From Gammaproteobacteria bacterium (GTDB lineage: Bacteria > Pseudomonadota > Gammaproteobacteria > Chromatiales > Chromatiaceae): 29,957 nt of DNA. The stretch is from assembly GCA_015767355.1 (NCBI GenBank), contig JADWMH010000001.1, positions 1 to 29,957 on the forward strand, written 5' to 3'. Shown piece after piece: positions 1 through 12,519 of this stretch. Position 1 is the first letter of the stretch; each line of letters starts with the position of its first letter. The notes beneath the pieces were generated by a model. It saw nothing but the letters and a program-made list of their open reading frames with translations. It was not told the origin of the DNA and did no database searches. The position numbers and the translations under genes were made by a program.

Positions 1-117
1 ACCGTCCTGTGGGGTGATTTTGAAACAAGCCAGAATGTCTGTTTCTTTAACCGTGTAATCCGGTGTCCAATAGGTTTCGCGGTATTCTTTTACGCCTGCG
101 CTATAAGTTTTAGCCAT
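1..117 (-). CDS. cbbL: RuBisCO form I large subunit, 5' fragment (runs off the left edge); form IA, probably IAq-type N-terminus
   Basis: Manual translation of the reverse complement of 1..117 gives [39 protein letters not shown], the characteristic form IA RbcL N-terminus. GGAG RBS lies just upstream (CTCC at 124-127 on +). Divergent from a CbbR-like LysR gene. Not in the ORF track. Confidence 0.96.
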   Translation of the reverse strand, partial: MAKTYSAGVKEYRETYWTPDYTVKETDILACFKITPQDG

Positions 118-173
118 GGTGTTCTCCAGAGGATCAAAATAAAGTGACGAGCGGCTTTTGCCGCGCCATAGAC

Positions 174-228
174 ATTATGCTGAGATATCTGTATAAATGA
201 AATCAATTGTTTCTATCTAAAACATAGA
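174..228. promoter_or_regulatory. cbbL/cbbR divergent control region with a LysR (CbbR) box
   Basis: Perfect dyad TCTAT-N7-ATAGA at 212-228 containing the LysR T-N11-A motif (T214/A226). A weaker T-N11-A lies at 194-206. A CATAAT -10-like hexamer on the minus strand at 174-179 points toward cbbL. Confidence 0.65.
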
Positions 229-237
229 GTTTTATCT

Positions 238-1170
238 ATGGTTTATTCAACCTCTGAAAACCTCATTCGACACGTCTCCCTGCGTCAACTGCAGATCTTC
301 GAGGCTGTTGTCCGCCTCGGCGGATATACGCGTGCTGCGCAAACACTCCATCTAACCCAGCCCACCGTCTCCATGCAGATCAAGAAACTCAGTGAGGCCC
401 TTGGACTTCCACTGCTCGAGCAGGTTGGCCGACAAGCACACCCCACGGCAGCCGGACGTGATGTCTACACCGCCGCGAAGGAGATTCTCGACAAGATGGT
501 GGCGCTGGGTGAATCTACATCCGAACTCGAAGGCGTGGTCAAGGGCGAACTGCGCATTGCTGTCATCACCACAGCCAAGTACTTCATGCCTCACCTGCTT
601 GGAGCATTTGTTGCACAATATCCCCTGGTAAAACCCCGGCTCGCGGTCACAAACCGGACCAAGGCTCTGACGCGTCTCAAGGCCAACGAGGACGACCTGC
701 TGATCATGGGGCAGGTACCCGGGGAAGTGGCGGTACAGGCCTACCCGTTTATCGACAACGAACTGGTGGTGGTGGCGTCGCCTGATCACTCCCTCTCGGG
801 AGCACGCAATATCACGCTGAAACAACTGAGTCAGGAACGTTTTCTGAGCCGAGAACCGGAATCAGGCACCCGGAAGGCGGTGGAGCAGCTGTTTGCCGAT
901 CACGGCCTCAAGGTCGAGCCTTACATGGAACTGGGCAGCATCGAAGCCATCAAGCAGGGCGTGATGGCCGGGCTGGGTCTCTCCGTGTTGTCGCGGCATA
1001 ACCTGCGCCTGGAACTGTCAAGCAACCATATTGTGATATTGGATGTGGATGGGTTTCCGCTGATACGCCGCTGGCATGCCGTCCACCTGCAGGGCAAGAA
1101 ACTCTCGCTGGTTGCGCGCACTTTTCTCGACTTCATTCTTAATGAGAGTAGTGAAGTATTATCAGCCTAA
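238..1170 (+). CDS. cbbR: LysR-type regulator of the Calvin cycle genes (CbbR)
   Basis: N-terminal LysR HTH (SLRQLQIFEAVVRLGGYTRAAQTLHLTQPTVSMQIKKL), CbbR-like effector domain (TTAKYFMPHLLGAF, REPESGTR), 310 aa, divergent from cbbL. Confidence 0.92.
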   Translation: MVYSTSENLIRHVSLRQLQIFEAVVRLGGYTRAAQTLHLTQPTVSMQIKKLSEALGLPLLEQVGRQAHPTAAGRDVYTAAKEILDKMVALGESTSELEGVVKGELRIAVITTAKYFMPHLLGAFVAQYPLVKPRLAVTNRTKALTRLKANEDDLLIMGQVPGEVAVQAYPFIDNELVVVASPDHSLSGARNITLKQLSQERFLSREPESGTRKAVEQLFADHGLKVEPYMELGSIEAIKQGVMAGLGLSVLSRHNLRLELSSNHIVILDVDGFPLIRRWHAVHLQGKKLSLVARTFLDFILNESSEVLSA

Positions 1171-1198
1171 GGAGTAGTCCGGTAACTTCTCAAAATCA

Positions 1199-1233
1199 GT
1201 GCGCTTGAGTCATCATAGGATGAGTCGAGGCAC
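1199..1233. repeat. Imperfect hairpin (REP-like)
   Basis: Arms GTGCGCTTGAGTCATC and GATGAGTCGAGGCAC around a 4-nt loop ATAG; one bulge, two mismatches. Confidence 0.45.
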
Positions 1234-1245
1234 GAGGCGCATCAA

Positions 1246-1329
1246 TTGTCATCCCGTGGAAGTGAGGTACGAACGACGAGGGATCTTGACTTACGTAGCA
1301 CCGGGATCTCTCCTGCGTCGAGATGACAA
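1246..1329. repeat. Miniature inverted-repeat element of GTCATC...GATGAC type
   Basis: Ends TTGTCATCCCG and CGAGATGACAA form an 11-bp inverted repeat with 1 mismatch. Internal GGGATCT occurs twice. Confidence 0.65.
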
Positions 1330-1360
1330 ACCGTAAAACGAAAATGAACGATGCCAACAT

Positions 1361-3118
1361 ATGAATACAATTTTCACAGAATACAGTCGCATCGTGTGGC
1401 AGAAAAAGGGTTATTTTCTGCTGGTATTGTTCGCCTTGAGCAGCGCGACGTCGCTTGATTACCTCTCAACGCTCTTCTATAAGAACATCGCCAATGGTCT
1501 GGCCGAGCCGTTTTCCGAAGCGACGCTGACCATGCTTCTGCACAACCTCTCGATGATCGCCCTTTTTTATGCGGGAATGTGGATCTCCTGGCGGGTGCTT
1601 GAATTCGGTATCATTCCGCTTGAGGGAGGCGGGGTCAACCTGCTCGAAAAGCGTTGTTTCGACGTGCTCAAGCGGCAGAAATTTAATTTTTTTGAAAATC
1701 GCTTCGCGGGGAGTTTGATCAAGCAGGCCAATCGCTTCTCTCGCTCCTTCGAGATCATCATGGACTGGTTTCTGTTCCAGTTCGTGCAAAACCTCATCGC
1801 CATCACCATCTCGTTTGTCATCTTCTATCATCAACAGCGCGAGTTCGCTTTCTATTTCCTCGTCTGGATTGTGCTGTTTCTCTCCTGGAGCGTCGGCTTC
1901 TCGATGTGGAAGCTGAAATTTGACAAGGCGGTTTCAGAGGCTGATTCTAAGGTCGGCGGCGCCTATTCGGATGCGATCAGCAACATATTTATTGTCAAGA
2001 GCTTCGCCATGGAGGCGCGAGAGCAGCATCAAATCGACCAGGCCTCCGACGTTGTCTATAAAAAGAAAAAGATCGCCTGGATATTGATGTTTGTCTCCTT
2101 TGCAGTGCAGGGGATACTCACTTTCAGCATAGAGTTGCTGCTGGTCTATCTGATGATCCAGAAGTGGAAAGGAGGCGATTTTCAGGTGGGTGAATTTGTG
2201 CTATTCCAGTCGATTCTGCTGCTGCTGATCCATCGTCTGTGGGACTTTGGTCGCAACTTCCGCAGTTTTTTCACCGCGCTGGCCGATGCTTCGGAGATGG
2301 CGGAGATTATTGAGATGGATGATTTTGAGGCGGACTCCATCGATGCCAGACCAATTGATATTGAGCGTGGCGACATCCGCTTTGAAAATCTCTCTTTCAA
2401 CTATGCCGGTCTGGACGAAAAATGTTCAGGGCTGTTTAAGAAGTTCTCGCTGCATATCAAAGCAGGTGAGAAGATCGCCCTGGTGGGGCATTCGGGGTCT
2501 GGTAAAACCTCCCTGACGAAACTGCTGTTTCGTTTCTTTGAACCGCAAAGCGGCAGAATAAGCTTTGATGGCTACGATGCCAGAGATTTTACGCTGGCTT
2601 CTCTGCGCAGACAGATATCACTTGTGCCGCAGCAGCCGGAGCTGTTTCATCGCTCAGTGCGTGACAACATCACCCTGGGCGAAGAGGTTTCTGAGGAGCG
2701 TCTGTTGCAGGTGGCTGAAAAATCCCGCAGCTTCGAATTTATTCGCAGCTTTCCGCTGCAATTTGAAACCATGGTCGGAGAACGGGGTGTGAAACTCTCC
2801 GGTGGTGAAAAACAGCGAATCGCCATCGCCAGGGCGTTTCTCGAAGACGCCCCGATCGTGGTGCTCGACGAGGCGACCAGCGCGCTGGATTCGCTCACGG
2901 AAAAGCAGATCCAGGTTGCCATCTTCGAACTGATCGAGCACCGCACAGCGATTGTCATCGCGCACCGCCTCTCTACGATTCTGCGCATGGACCGCATTAT
3001 TGTGCTGGAAGATGGGAGGATTATCGAGCAGGGAACCCATCAGCAACTGCTCGCCAGGCAGGGAAAATACGCAGCTATGTGGCAGCATCAGAGCGGGGAT
3101 TTTCTCGCCGAGAGCTGA
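1361..3118 (+). CDS. ABC exporter, fused TMD + ATPase half-transporter (ABCB/MsbA-Atm1-like superfamily), substrate unknown
   Basis: Hydrophobic N-terminal half; Walker A GHSGSGKT, signature LSGGEKQR, Walker B/D-loop VVLDEATSALD, H-loop IAHRL. Confidence 0.93.
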   Translation: MNTIFTEYSRIVWQKKGYFLLVLFALSSATSLDYLSTLFYKNIANGLAEPFSEATLTMLLHNLSMIALFYAGMWISWRVLEFGIIPLEGGGVNLLEKRCFDVLKRQKFNFFENRFAGSLIKQANRFSRSFEIIMDWFLFQFVQNLIAITISFVIFYHQQREFAFYFLVWIVLFLSWSVGFSMWKLKFDKAVSEADSKVGGAYSDAISNIFIVKSFAMEAREQHQIDQASDVVYKKKKIAWILMFVSFAVQGILTFSIELLLVYLMIQKWKGGDFQVGEFVLFQSILLLLIHRLWDFGRNFRSFFTALADASEMAEIIEMDDFEADSIDARPIDIERGDIRFENLSFNYAGLDEKCSGLFKKFSLHIKAGEKIALVGHSGSGKTSLTKLLFRFFEPQSGRISFDGYDARDFTLASLRRQISLVPQQPELFHRSVRDNITLGEEVSEERLLQVAEKSRSFEFIRSFPLQFETMVGERGVKLSGGEKQRIAIARAFLEDAPIVVLDEATSALDSLTEKQIQVAIFELIEHRTAIVIAHRLSTILRMDRIIVLEDGRIIEQGTHQQLLARQGKYAAMWQHQSGDFLAES

Positions 3119-3159
3119 TGAACCAATATTCATGGAAAACCAACGGCAGCGACGCAGAC

Positions 3160-3954
3160 TCAAAAGCGAAATTTTGCGCCCAGCAGCGGGCCGCTGACGT
3201 CCAGGTTCGCCAAAGGAAAGTCCGAGTCGTAGTCGTAGTGCAGATAACGATATGTCAGCAGCACATCACCCCAATCAAACTTGTAGCCAACACCGGCCAT
3301 CGCCTGCAGGGTCAGGTCCGAGCCTCCGGCGCCGATGTCAAAATAGTAGGGGAGGTACCAGTTGGCGTCGATATTGACATGACCCTTGACACCGATAATC
3401 GCGTCCCACACATGATCGGAAACGGAAACCGAGCGATCAAAGATTCTAACAGGACCGACATCAATCTTGAGACCAAGATCTAAATCGATATAGAAATATC
3501 TTGTCCCCGCGATAATATCAAGCCTGCTCTTTTCACTATCCACGATGTTGTAGCCGCCTGCCAGTGTGATAATCCAGTTTTTCAGGCCGATATTGATATC
3601 ACGACCCCTGTGAAGTCCGAAGGGCCCGTCACCGGTTACAGAGCCTGATTTACTGCCGCCCAGATTCAAATAAATAACATCGGTGAACAGAGACCAGTCG
3701 CCGTTGCGTGCTTCGAACGCCCCCATGAATGTCATCTTGAGATTATCAAGCAGGGTTCCAAAATCGATATCGAAATCAGCACCGGAGTTGGTCTCTCCTT
3801 TCATGCCGGGCATCCACATATAGATGCTTGCGTTGTACTCCCAGTCATCACTATTGTAGGTATCAGCAGCATTCGATGTCAGCGGAGTCATCAAGGATAA
3901 TAACGCCACCATGATGCCACTTAATACTCTATTTCCAGAAACGCACTTTTTCAC
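3160..3954 (-). CDS. Putative outer-membrane beta-barrel protein of unknown function
   Basis: GTG start with AGGAG RBS; signal-peptide-like N-terminus ending ...SNA; alternating aromatic/hydrophobic strands; C-terminal ...GPLLGAKFRF with terminal Phe (BAM-type signal). Confidence 0.75.
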   Translation of the reverse strand: MKKCVSGNRVLSGIMVALLSLMTPLTSNAADTYNSDDWEYNASIYMWMPGMKGETNSGADFDIDFGTLLDNLKMTFMGAFEARNGDWSLFTDVIYLNLGGSKSGSVTGDGPFGLHRGRDINIGLKNWIITLAGGYNIVDSEKSRLDIIAGTRYFYIDLDLGLKIDVGPVRIFDRSVSVSDHVWDAIIGVKGHVNIDANWYLPYYFDIGAGGSDLTLQAMAGVGYKFDWGDVLLTYRYLHYDYDSDFPLANLDVSGPLLGAKFRF

Positions 3955-4113
3955 TCTATCTCTCCTGTTCAGGGCTGAAGAGGATCAACAAGGCTACAAT
4001 TGACCCACGAGGAATTTGAGTCTACTGCCGGGACAGTGGTTATTCCAGCTTTTTATTACATGCCCCGGGTTCTCCCTGTCGCTGGAGAGGGTAGCTTGGC
4101 GGTATTACAACGC

Positions 4114-5099
4114 TTACATACTCCTCAGCACTTCAATATAGTTGGCACGCTCGTAGGCTGCCGGGTCTGCAGCGTGCTGCTGGCTGACGGAACCTTTCAG
4201 CTGTTCGACGGATTCATACTCGCGCTCTTCCATCCATTGCTGCATCTGTTCGAGAATCGTTGCCAGGTACTCCGGGGAGTTTTTCAGCAGGGTTGCGCAC
4301 AGGTGGGTGACATCCGCCCCGGCGAGCAGCAGCCGCATGGCATCGTCCGCGTTATGGATGCCGCCGGTGGCAGCCAGGGTCATATCTACCTTGTTGTGCA
4401 GCATGGCGATCCAGCGCATCGCCAGCAGTGATTCACCCGAGTGGGAGAGCTGCAGCTGCGGCGTCACATCGAGGCTCTCCAGGTCGATCCCCGGCTGATA
4501 GAAACGATTGAACAACGATACCCCGTCCGCGCCGGCAGACTCAAGACGTCTGACCATATTGGCGACTGAGCTGAAGTAGGGCGATATCTTGACGATAACC
4601 GGGATTTCGAGGCGGCATTTGACCGCCTTGAGGGTATCGATATAGCGTTGCTCCACCTCTTCGCCGCTCTCATCGATATCAGCGGCGACATAGTAGATGT
4701 TGAGTTCGAGTGCGTCTGCGCCGGTTTGTTGAATTTCGAGGGCGTGATCGACCCAGCCGCCTGATGAGACGCCGTTGAGGCTGGCAATGACAGGAATATC
4801 CAGCGACTGTTTGAGTTGATTCAGCTGCGCCAGGTAGTTGTCAGTGATCGAGCCATTCATGTCCGGGAAGGGACGGTAGCTGTCGGCTTCAGCATGTCCG
4901 ATGTCCTGGTTGTTCAGGAAAGTATCGAAAAGCTCATCCTCGGCGCGAATCTCCTCTTCGAACAGCGAGTACATGACAAGGGCCGATGCGCCGGCGTCCT
5001 CGAGGCTTTTTGCAGAGTCAATATGGCGTGACAGCGGCGAGGCGGACGGCACCAGCGGGTTTTTCAGTGTTAGTCCAAGATATTGTGTTGATAGATCCA

Positions 5100-5103
<4 letters not shown>
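4114..5103 (-). CDS. Dihydroorotate-dehydrogenase-like FMN protein (PFOR-associated type)
   Basis: DHOD fold motifs YLGLTLKNPLVPSASP, ELN, VKISP, GADGV, ATGGIH. Start (GTG 5103 or ATG 5100) overlaps the por stop codon. No catalytic Cys after ELN. Confidence 0.85.
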
Positions 5104-8696
<3,593 letters not shown>

Positions 8697-8784
8697 GGCG
8701 GGAGATCCATTACATTTTGAAAGCAGATGGTGAAGATGTTAGTCGAAAGTCACAGCTGCTGCTATTGTTAATAGAGATATTTTT

Positions 8785-8798
8785 CTGATTTGAATCAA
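8785..8798. promoter_or_regulatory. FNR/Anr-like box between por and dxs
   Basis: CTGAT-TTGA-ATCAA matches 9/10 of TTGAT-N4-ATCAA, ~90 bp upstream of the por start. Confidence 0.5.
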
Positions 8799-8924
8799 TG
8801 CAGATTGTTATTGGCTTTCTGTTGCCATAACTGAATGATTCAGCGGCGACCTCAGATGATGATAACTGGTAGAATAGCCGAAATTCGTGTCAAATCATTC
8901 GTAAAAAAACCAGTGAAAGATTCA

Positions 8925-10799
8925 TTGCAATCACAAGAGTTTATCCTGCTGGAGAGCATCAATGATCCGGCTGATTTGCGCCAGCTCGATGATGAGCAAC
9001 TGGTGCAGTTATGTGATGAATTGCGTCAATTTCTGATTCATAGCATTTCCAGAACCGGCGGCCATCTTGCTGCCGGGCTTGGCGTCGTTGAGCTGACAGT
9101 TGCATTGCACGCTGTTTTTCAGACACCCGAAGACCGCATTGTGTGGGATGTCGGGCACCAGGCCTACCCGCACAAAATCCTTACCGGCAGACGCAGAATG
9201 ATGAGTCGCCTGCGCATCAAGGAGGGTCTCTCAGGATTTCCTCGTCGTGAGGAGTCAGCATACGACACTTTTGGAACCGGCCACTCGAGCACGTCCATCA
9301 GTGCCGCGCTGGGTATGGCGATTGCATCCCGTCAGGCGCAGGATGATCGTCATGCAATCGCGGTGATTGGTGACGGCGCCCTGACCGGAGGCATGTCATT
9401 CGAGGCATTGAACCATGCCGGATCGATCAGTGATATCGATCTGCTGGTGATTCTGAATGACAATGATATGTCGATTTCCCACCCTGTCGGCGCCGTCAGC
9501 ACCTATCTCTCGCGGGTGCTCTCAAGCCGTTTCTATAACAAGGTGAGAAGCAAAGGGCGCTCTGTGCTGCAACGTACTCCCAATCTGCGTGATTTTGCCG
9601 ATCGCTGGGAAGAGCACATGAAAGGCATGATGCTTCCCGGTACGCTTTGGGAAGAGCTTGGTTTCAACTATATCGGTCCTGTTGACGGGCACGATTTGCC
9701 GATGCTGATGGATACGCTCTCCAATATGCGCAAAATGAGCGGGCCCCGTTTTTTGCATGTCGTTACGCAGAAGGGGAGGGGCTATGAGCACGCCGAAGAG
9801 AAGCCGGTCACATTTCATGGCGTGACGCCATTTAATCCGATTACAGGAAAGCTTGAAAAAAGCACAGCTGGCAAGAGCTATACAGGTGTATTCAGCGACT
9901 GGATCTGTGCTGCTGCACGCAGTGACGAGCGCCTGCATGCTGTGACTCCGGCAATGTGCGAGGGTTCCGGCCTGGTGGCCTTTGCCGCAGAGTTTCCACA
10001 GCATTACCACGATGTCGGTATTGCCGAGCAGCATGCGCTGACGTTTGCCGCCGGCATGGCATGTGAAGGTCTAAAACCCGTCGTTGCCATCTATTCGACC
10101 TTCCTGCAGCGCGCCTATGATCAGCTGATCCATGACATTGCACTGCAAAATCTGGATGTCACATTTGCTGTCGACAGGGCGGGAGAAGTCGGGGCCGATG
10201 GTGCGACGCATGCCGGTGTTTTCGACCTGAGTTTCTGCAGAACAGTGCCGAACCTGGTTGTCATGGCGCCTGCGGATGAGGCCGAGTGCCGCCGCATGCT
10301 GCAGAGCGCCTATGAATATGCGGGGCCGGCGTTGGTTCGATATCCCCGCGGCAGCGGTCCGGGGACGATCGAGGCTGAAGCACTGGAAACCCTGCCGCTG
10401 GGTCGGGGCGAGGTGGTGCGCCGGGGAGAGCAGGTTGCTATTCTGGCATTCGGAAGCATGGTGGCCGTGGCGTTGCTGGTGGCGCAGACGCTCAATGCGA
10501 GCGTTGCCAATATGCGTTTCGTCAAGCCGCTGGACGAGGCGCTGATTAAAGAATTGGCATCATCGCATCAGCTGCTGGTCACTATTGAGGAGAACATGGT
10601 GCAGGGCGGGGCGGGCTCTGCAGTTGCTGAATGCCTCAACAGTGCGGGAATCAGCAGCAGGTTGCTGCAGTTGGGATTGCCCGACCGCTTCATCGAACAG
10701 GCGACGCAGCAGCAGCAGTTGCAGGAGGCAGGACTCGATGTGCAGGGAATCGAGCGGCAGATCAGGGCGGCGTTGGATAAGCAGAACTATAATCCTTGA
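8925..10799 (+). CDS. dxs: 1-deoxy-D-xylulose-5-phosphate synthase
   Basis: [57 protein letters not shown]. The ORF opens at 8835, but homology begins near [12 protein letters not shown], so TTG 8925 (or GTG 8913) is the more likely start. Confidence 0.96.
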   Translation: MQSQEFILLESINDPADLRQLDDEQLVQLCDELRQFLIHSISRTGGHLAAGLGVVELTVALHAVFQTPEDRIVWDVGHQAYPHKILTGRRRMMSRLRIKEGLSGFPRREESAYDTFGTGHSSTSISAALGMAIASRQAQDDRHAIAVIGDGALTGGMSFEALNHAGSISDIDLLVILNDNDMSISHPVGAVSTYLSRVLSSRFYNKVRSKGRSVLQRTPNLRDFADRWEEHMKGMMLPGTLWEELGFNYIGPVDGHDLPMLMDTLSNMRKMSGPRFLHVVTQKGRGYEHAEEKPVTFHGVTPFNPITGKLEKSTAGKSYTGVFSDWICAAARSDERLHAVTPAMCEGSGLVAFAAEFPQHYHDVGIAEQHALTFAAGMACEGLKPVVAIYSTFLQRAYDQLIHDIALQNLDVTFAVDRAGEVGADGATHAGVFDLSFCRTVPNLVVMAPADEAECRRMLQSAYEYAGPALVRYPRGSGPGTIEAEALETLPLGRGEVVRRGEQVAILAFGSMVAVALLVAQTLNASVANMRFVKPLDEALIKELASSHQLLVTIEENMVQGGAGSAVAECLNSAGISSRLLQLGLPDRFIEQATQQQQLQEAGLDVQGIERQIRAALDKQNYNP

Positions 10800-10991
10800 G
10801 TGGCCAACATCTTTTCAAATAGGGGGAATTTTGATGATGACTCTCGCCAAGACGCCAAGACCGCAAAGGTTTTTCTTGGCGAACTTGGCCTACATGGATG
10901 TAGAAGGTCAGGGGCGTAAGCAGGACGCGGAAGCTTTGCGAGAGATAATTATTTTTTCCATGCCTCGTCAGTCTGAGGCTTGGTCCCGTTA
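10790..10991 (+). mobile_element. MITE-like element, copy A (CGCAAAG/CTTTGCG-palindrome type) with nested insert
   Basis: Three blocks shared with the reverse complement of 13720..13880: 23/25, 20/20 and 27/33 identical. TA at both ends. Contains the dxs stop codon. Confidence 0.7.
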
Positions 10992-11002
10992 AAAATGACC
11001 AC

Positions 11003-11031
11003 AAAAAAGGCGGCATCTCAGCCGCCTTTTT
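11003..11031. terminator. Bidirectional rho-independent terminator between convergent dxs and prk
   Basis: AAAAAA-GGCGGC-ATCTCA-GCCGCC-TTTTT. Confidence 0.88.
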
Positions 11032-11052
11032 ATATGCAAATGTCAAAAGCAC

Positions 11053-11925
11053 TTAATGTGCTTTTTCCATCATATGCTCAATGACGGGAGCCAGGATGAT
11101 CTCCATGGCGAATCCCATTTTTCCGCCGGGTACGACGATCGAGTTGCGCCGCGACATGAACGAGTCAGAGATCATGGCGAGCAGAGAGGGGAAATGAATC
11201 TTGAATTTCTGTGGGTCTGCAAAGCGGATGACCACGAAGCTCTCATCAGGCGTCGGGATGTCGCGTGTGATAAAAGGATGCGATGTATCCACAGTCGGTA
11301 CACGCTGAAAGTTGATGTCAGTACGTGAAAACTGCGGGGTGATGTGATTGATGTAATCCGGCATACGACGCAGGATGGTATCGACAGTTGCCTCGGCAGA
11401 GTATCCACGCTCGGCGGCATCACGGTGAATTTTCTGAATCCATTCGAGATTGACGATAGGCACGACGCCAATGCCCAGGTCAACATGTTTTGAAGGGTCG
11501 TGTTCATCCGTCTTGACCAGCCCATGCAGGCCTTCATAAAAAAGCAGGTCTGTGCCGGCAGGAATCTCTTCCCAGGGTGTGAATTCACCTGGGTTTTTAT
11601 CAATGCCAAGACGTTCATTGTGCTCGGCGGCTTCTTCGACGCTGTGAAGATAGTAGCGCTTGTTACCACCGCCGGTTTTTCCATAAACCTTGAAAAGCTC
11701 TTCGATCTTGTCGAAGCGATTGGCCTCGGGGCCGAAATGGCTGAGATGATTCTCTTCCATTTTTACCTTCATCTCTGCACGGTCGTAGCGGTGGAAACTG
11801 TCACCTTCAACAACGGCAGGTTTGATGTTTTCACGCTCAAAAATATGTTCGAAAGCGCGTTTGACGGTGGTAGTGCCGGCGCCTGAAGATCCGGTCACTG
11901 CAACAACGGGGTGCTTCTTAGACAT
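11053..11925 (-). CDS. prk: Phosphoribulokinase (proteobacterial type)
   Basis: MSKKHPVVAVTGSSGAGTTT, EGDSFHRYDR, FYEGLHG, INFQRVPTVDTS. Confidence 0.97.
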   Translation of the reverse strand: MSKKHPVVAVTGSSGAGTTTVKRAFEHIFERENIKPAVVEGDSFHRYDRAEMKVKMEENHLSHFGPEANRFDKIEELFKVYGKTGGGNKRYYLHSVEEAAEHNERLGIDKNPGEFTPWEEIPAGTDLLFYEGLHGLVKTDEHDPSKHVDLGIGVVPIVNLEWIQKIHRDAAERGYSAEATVDTILRRMPDYINHITPQFSRTDINFQRVPTVDTSHPFITRDIPTPDESFVVIRFADPQKFKIHFPSLLAMISDSFMSRRNSIVVPGGKMGFAMEIILAPVIEHMMEKAH

Positions 11926-12036
11926 AGATATATCCTCTTAAGAGACAAATTTAAGTGAGACAGAGTAAGTAAAGCTGATAAAAATGGAGAGTAAATTGGA
12001 AAACAGTGGTGCTTTGCAATGCACTCTCAGCCGTTA

Positions 12037-12045
12037 ATTATACCA
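12037..12045 (-). promoter_or_regulatory. Extended -10 sigma70 promoter for prk
   Basis: Minus strand reads TG-G-TATAAT (perfect TGnTATAAT), ~110 bp upstream of the prk ATG. No recognisable -35. Confidence 0.6.
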
Positions 12046-12064
12046 CAGTCACAGAGACAGCCTC

Positions 12065-12427
12065 CTAGACGATTATTGCTGCGATAACGTCTCTCTCTTC
12101 ATCCCGTAATAGATTGTAGGTTCTTGCCGCAGCGGCTGAATGCATGATTTCGACTCCAATACCGAGCGAAATAAGTTCTGCGTAGTGCTGCATCGGCGGG
12201 AATTTCTGAGTTTCACCAGTCCCCAGTAACAGGATGTCCGGTGTATGTTCAGTGATGAAGCCGAAGTGCCTGGATTGGAGTTCTTCAATGTGCTCGATTT
12301 GCCAGGGTGTGCAGCTTCCCGGAGTGACGATAACGCTGTGCCGATAGCGTTTTCCATTGACCTGAATCTCTCCCGGCTGATAACTGTCAACAGTGAATCC
12401 GCCGTTTTGTACAAAGTTAAATTTCAT
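12065..12427 (-). CDS. Mth938/DUF498-like domain protein
   Basis: PDILLLGTG, GIGVEIM..AAARTYNLL..E.R.V.AA motifs; 120 aa; divergent from alaC, a context I recall from other proteobacteria. Confidence 0.88.
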   Translation of the reverse strand: MKFNFVQNGGFTVDSYQPGEIQVNGKRYRHSVIVTPGSCTPWQIEHIEELQSRHFGFITEHTPDILLLGTGETQKFPPMQHYAELISLGIGVEIMHSAAAARTYNLLRDEERDVIAAIIV

Positions 12428-12519
12428 GAATCATCAAATTCTACGCTTACGTGATTGAATTTTTCCGGACACTCCGGTAGTTTGTCATCTTTCATGCTGA
12501 TTATATCAAGAGGTTTTGA

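Noticed and set aside
4070-4091. Small hairpin TCTCC-N8-GGAGA after the DHOD-like gene
   Set aside because: Short stem with no adjacent U-tract; not supportable as a terminator or repeat.
8835-8912. ATG 8835 as dxs start
   Set aside because: Adds about 30 non-homologous residues and runs through the probable promoter region.
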